Part shown: positions 46,899 to 52,863 of the stretch, in pieces
Position numbering within the stretch: the stretch's first letter is position 1
Layout: the number at the start of each line of letters is the position of its first letter
IMG/VR virus record: IMGVR_UViG_3300006929_000021
Coordinates: 1-52,863 of that record
From: a virus
Lineage: Duplodnaviria; Caudoviricetes
Length of the DNA: 52,863 bases
Reading direction: 5' to 3' (one strand)
Program-made: the position numbers and the translations under genes
Notes under the pieces: generated by a model
Told to the model about the DNA's origin: nothing
Database searches by the model: none
The model's input: the letters and a program-made list of their open reading frames with translations, nothing else

Positions 46899-46906
<8 letters not shown>
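45308..46906 (-). CDS. internal virion (ejection/pilot) protein, Q/G/M-rich
   Basis: PYQQYGGQRIAGF, MSNYMSQYT..V, YQDWQNQQN..LPY patterns; position in the operon. Confidence 0.65.
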
Positions 46907-49446
<2,540 letters not shown>

Positions 49447-49463
<17 letters not shown>

Positions 49464-49779
49464 CGAATAAGGTAAATGCTATTTCATTGGCTGCCGATGA
49501 CCTAACTGTAACTACATCCGTATCACTTAGTGTCATACCAATAATCATAAACCGTGAATCATTGGCAACCATTGCCTTATCGTAGTAAATGTAATTTTCA
49601 TTTGCTACGGTTGCACCCAGTGGACGCACCGCCACCCTAAACGTAGGCGTGTTCCCTGTGAGATTGCAGACGACAAGTGAGCTTACTGTAGTCTGAGTAT
49701 CCTCAGGTACAGTATACAAATCTGCGTTACTTGTATTCGCAGGTGCTACTTGTCCCAGTACCTTTAATGTATCAGCCAT
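49447..49779 (-). CDS. small structural protein
   Basis: 110 aa, beta-rich; KVLGQ..LYTVP..VSSLVVCN..FGVE pattern. Confidence 0.7.
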
Positions 49780-49975
49780 TACTAGCTCCTAGCAATAAGA
49801 ACTGATATTTACGCAACGACAAAGAACTGTCTTTGTCTGATTGTGTTTTAACAGATTGTATGTCACTACTCACATCTTTAAAGTTTTCTTCAACAGTTTT
49901 ACGAGACAGGCTTTCGTTAGTCTCATCGTATTCTGACGGTGCAACATTTAATGCACGGTATGTCTTTAGTGTCAT
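49772..49975 (-). CDS. hypothetical structural protein
   Basis: 67 aa; coupled between tail genes. Confidence 0.65.
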   Translation of the reverse strand: MTLKTYRALNVAPSEYDETNESLSRKTVEENFKDVSSDIQSVKTQSDKDSSLSLRKYQFLLLGASNG

Positions 49976-52362
49976 CTTCTACTGTCCTCCCTGCCATCAA
50001 GCCTAACAAATCCAACACGCCATCCATAACCAGCACCACTACTCTGTACCTTCATTGACATCTGTCTAGCCCTAGCACGTACAAAGGCTTCCGCTGTACT
50101 TGATGTAAAATCTGCTGATGCAACAGACGCCTGTGTGTCCGCAGGGAAATTATGACCATTAAGACTAATGGTAACTTGATCTGCTGAGTCAGCATCTGTA
50201 AAATAAATATCAGGTATAATTCTATGTATTGACCAAGTCTTGTCACCTTCTCCCAAGTCCATGTCACCAGTTTCTATATAGGCAGTCATAGCTGATCCGT
50301 CATCATCATATCCATTTTCATGGCTATAAAGAACATTTTCATAAGAAATTTTTACTGTACCCCCTCCACCAGTATCTGCTGTAGCGGTGTCCGCTATTGT
50401 AATTGTGTAGTTGTCTGCATCCGTTACTGAAACTACATCGTGTTGATTGTTTATAAGTGTTTCAGACAATCCGCCAACGGCTGACGCACCACTAATAATA
50501 ATAGTATCACCAACAGCTAAGCCGTGACCTGTGCTAGAAATAGATACATTGCTTGTAGAGCTTGTGTTAGTGGTTAAAGGATTACCACTAAGGCTTTGGC
50601 TTAATATAGAAGAAGCCAATGGATAGTCCTTGGTATTAGCTTGATTCCACTTGCCACGTACCAAACTGCCCGTGTACCATACGCTATCCTCATAATTATA
50701 TATAACGTATCTATCGTTTTCACCATTACCTGATTCAGATGGATAAAACCACATCACCTCAGAGAAATCAGGGTTAGATCCTGCTACAACTTTATGGCTT
50801 TGGCTTAAGTCAAAGTCTTGAAATACAGTTGTGAGTACGGTACAGTTTAATTTTTTGACACCACCTGTATACATATAAAAGTCTCCCCTATCCATAAAGA
50901 AGACTACACCATTAGCATTGACAGCGGCATTAGGGGAAATCAAAGACATTCCTTTTCCTACTTCTGTGAATGAAAAGTAGAAAGGACTTCCGATATATCT
51001 CATACTTACTAGCCCAGCATCTGTCCAAATTAATATTTCCTGCCTAGTAGCAAGCCCACCTATAATCTCAGATCCTGTAGATAACTCTTGTCCACCTGCA
51101 CTATTAGTAGAAAGTGCTTGCCAAGTACCAACGGTTTCTGAACTTGACCACCTAACATTAAGCGGATTAATAGTTGTTGAGTTGACCCCAGTACATCCCA
51201 ATGCTACTACATGGCGACCAGTTTCAGACATCAATACCTGATAGGCACCGACAGGAGGATAGTAAGTTCCTGCTTTATAAGAAGCATTGACCGACGAACC
51301 ACCTCCAGTTGTGGTACTAGAAGCTGCATCTCCAGTATCAACTGTAAATGTTCTACCAGTAGGTGTACTTGCAATAGTGAACTCTTGATTAATACTGTCA
51401 GCGGCCACACCGCCAACATCAGCCGCTCCTGACAAGGTAACCTTATCTCCAACGGCTGCTCCATGACCACCTCTATCTGTAACCGTTATAACACTAGAAG
51501 TATTAGTAACAGATATAGGATCAGATGTTAGATTTAGCGTTCTTCTAACAACCTCTTCAAGCGGTTTAGCTCTAACAGTAACACCGTCACTTTCATCCCA
51601 GTAATAGATCTTACCCTGTCGAACACATGCAAGCATATCTTCGCCAAAAGTATCCAGGGACCACAGACGTAATTGAGTAGCCTGACTGATGCTGGATGCA
51701 GTACCAAATGTACTAGATCCATACGTGCTTGATCCCCATCCAGCACCATCAACATACATATCTAAACCAGTATTAATCTGGAACGCAGCCGTAGCACTAG
51801 AACCTCCAGCATTTGCTGTTGCATTAGCTTTTGATGCACACACAACTCTAAATTTAGTTGTAGGATTAGCTGGTGCTGCACCACCAGAAGGCGGGGCACC
51901 CAATGCAACAATACGATGTTCCTTGTTTATCTCAGTGGCATCAATACCACTAGAAGTGGCTGCATTCGCAATAGTAACATAATCTCCAACTACCGCACCA
52001 TGTGCAGAAGAAGTAGTAATTGTTATAATTGATGTTCCATCAACTGTAGCTATTGGATTAGATCCTAAGTTTACACTACTACGTAACGGAGTAACATCGT
52101 AATAGCCACCACCTAATGCTACATAGAGTTTTAAATGGCTTCCAATTCCTACATATTTACTTCCGCCATCCGTAACCCAATCATGTACAGATCTAGCTGT
52201 ACCAAGAAATGAGGCAGCTATAAACTTTACCCACCCGCCAAGTTTTTCAGCAAAGCCTTTTCTAAACCTTACCTTGTCTGTGTCATACCAGGTACCCTCT
52301 GCGGAGTACCTAGTACCATCTGTAAAAACTCCTGGCTTGGGAGAAATTTTTATAAAGCTCAT
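49972..52362 (-). CDS. tail tubular/stabilisation (nozzle) protein with three beta-barrel inserts
   Basis: KPG..T.YSAEG.W...KVRFR.G..EKLGGW start; VRWS, EVMWFYPS, RARARQ..WR.G..R.D end; three HG..VGD repeats. Confidence 0.75.
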   Translation of the reverse strand: MSFIKISPKPGVFTDGTRYSAEGTWYDTDKVRFRKGFAEKLGGWVKFIAASFLGTARSVHDWVTDGGSKYVGIGSHLKLYVALGGGYYDVTPLRSSVNLGSNPIATVDGTSIITITTSSAHGAVVGDYVTIANAATSSGIDATEINKEHRIVALGAPPSGGAAPANPTTKFRVVCASKANATANAGGSSATAAFQINTGLDMYVDGAGWGSSTYGSSTFGTASSISQATQLRLWSLDTFGEDMLACVRQGKIYYWDESDGVTVRAKPLEEVVRRTLNLTSDPISVTNTSSVITVTDRGGHGAAVGDKVTLSGAADVGGVAADSINQEFTIASTPTGRTFTVDTGDAASSTTTGGGSSVNASYKAGTYYPPVGAYQVLMSETGRHVVALGCTGVNSTTINPLNVRWSSSETVGTWQALSTNSAGGQELSTGSEIIGGLATRQEILIWTDAGLVSMRYIGSPFYFSFTEVGKGMSLISPNAAVNANGVVFFMDRGDFYMYTGGVKKLNCTVLTTVFQDFDLSQSHKVVAGSNPDFSEVMWFYPSESGNGENDRYVIYNYEDSVWYTGSLVRGKWNQANTKDYPLASSILSQSLSGNPLTTNTSSTSNVSISSTGHGLAVGDTIIISGASAVGGLSETLINNQHDVVSVTDADNYTITIADTATADTGGGGTVKISYENVLYSHENGYDDDGSAMTAYIETGDMDLGEGDKTWSIHRIIPDIYFTDADSADQVTISLNGHNFPADTQASVASADFTSSTAEAFVRARARQMSMKVQSSGAGYGWRVGFVRLDGREDSRR

Positions 52363-52376
52363 ACTATTCTTTTTGT

Positions 52377-52667
52377 TTAGCTTTTTTTCTGGGCATTTAT
52401 ATTCCTAACAGTAAAATGTGGTTTATCGCCATCTAAGTGACCTCCCACAATATTTTCCCCATTAATATTAGCCGCAAGCAATGCAAAGTTTAAATTACTT
52501 TGAGCTTCGTTAGTTGCAGTCAATAAGACTTTAAATAAATCTGCCTGCTCAACAGAAAGGTATACATTTGTAGTCCCCTCTACTGTCTTGCCATTAGTCT
52601 TTTTTGCTTGAGAGCCTTTCTTTGAGATTGGCTGTTTCTGCTTCGACTGATGCGAGACGTTCTCCAT
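52377..52667 (-). CDS. hypothetical protein
   Basis: 96 aa; upstream of the tail gene; overlaps its upstream neighbour by 74 nt. Confidence 0.5.
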   Translation of the reverse strand: MENVSHQSKQKQPISKKGSQAKKTNGKTVEGTTNVYLSVEQADLFKVLLTATNEAQSNLNFALLAANINGENIVGGHLDGDKPHFTVRNINAQKKS

Positions 52668-52824
52668 GTGTATCCACCTTTATTCCGATGCGATTTACAG
52701 TACGCTCTATCTGAGCGAGGGACTGTCTAGTCCCATTTAGTCCAGCTTTAACTCCGCCATAAGCGGCCCCTGCTGCTGCTGGTATAGCGAGCAGAGATAC
52801 TAAATTCATCATTTCACTTTCCAT
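52594..52824 (-). CDS. small TM + coiled-coil protein
   Basis: 76 aa; hydrophobic N-terminus followed by heptads. Confidence 0.6.
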   Translation of the reverse strand: MESEMMNLVSLLAIPAAAGAAYGGVKAGLNGTRQSLAQIERTVNRIGIKVDTHGERLASVEAETANLKERLSSKKD

Positions 52825-52863
52825 TTTTAACTAGTTCGCTTTAGTGGTTCAAGGATTGGACGG

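Overview
The window is most of the genome of an uncultured, probably lytic, podovirus-like dsDNA phage. No integrase, repressor, DNA polymerase or RNA polymerase is visible. The minus strand carries the head/packaging module (TerL, portal, GroES, scaffold, major capsid; 1-8.7 kb) and the tail, internal-virion and lysis module (30.3-52.8 kb). The plus strand carries early accessory genes (9.9-24.3 kb, including a MoxR-type AAA + metallopeptidase-vWA + DUF3150-like triad and an HD hydrolase) and recombination/methylation genes (26.6-30.4 kb). A primase-helicase and RusA lie divergently at 24.3-26.5 kb. The most unusual signals are non-coding and cluster between terL and terS: (i) a ~440-nt imperfect inverted repeat whose mismatches are mostly G-U wobbles on the minus strand, suggesting a selected rod-like RNA or ssDNA; (ii) a divergent ~340-nt multi-stem leader RNA; (iii) a tRNA/tmRNA-like acceptor-T-arm minihelix; (iv) a G-quadruplex-like tract. 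A 17-bp palindrome GGGGAAAAATTTTCCCC is repeated about 9 times around terS and before early genes. The C5 methyltransferase hides an EcoHK31I-beta-like ORF in an alternative frame, and the genome appears to avoid CCGG, GCGC and CGCG. All protein calls come from motif recognition by eye, not from database searches.
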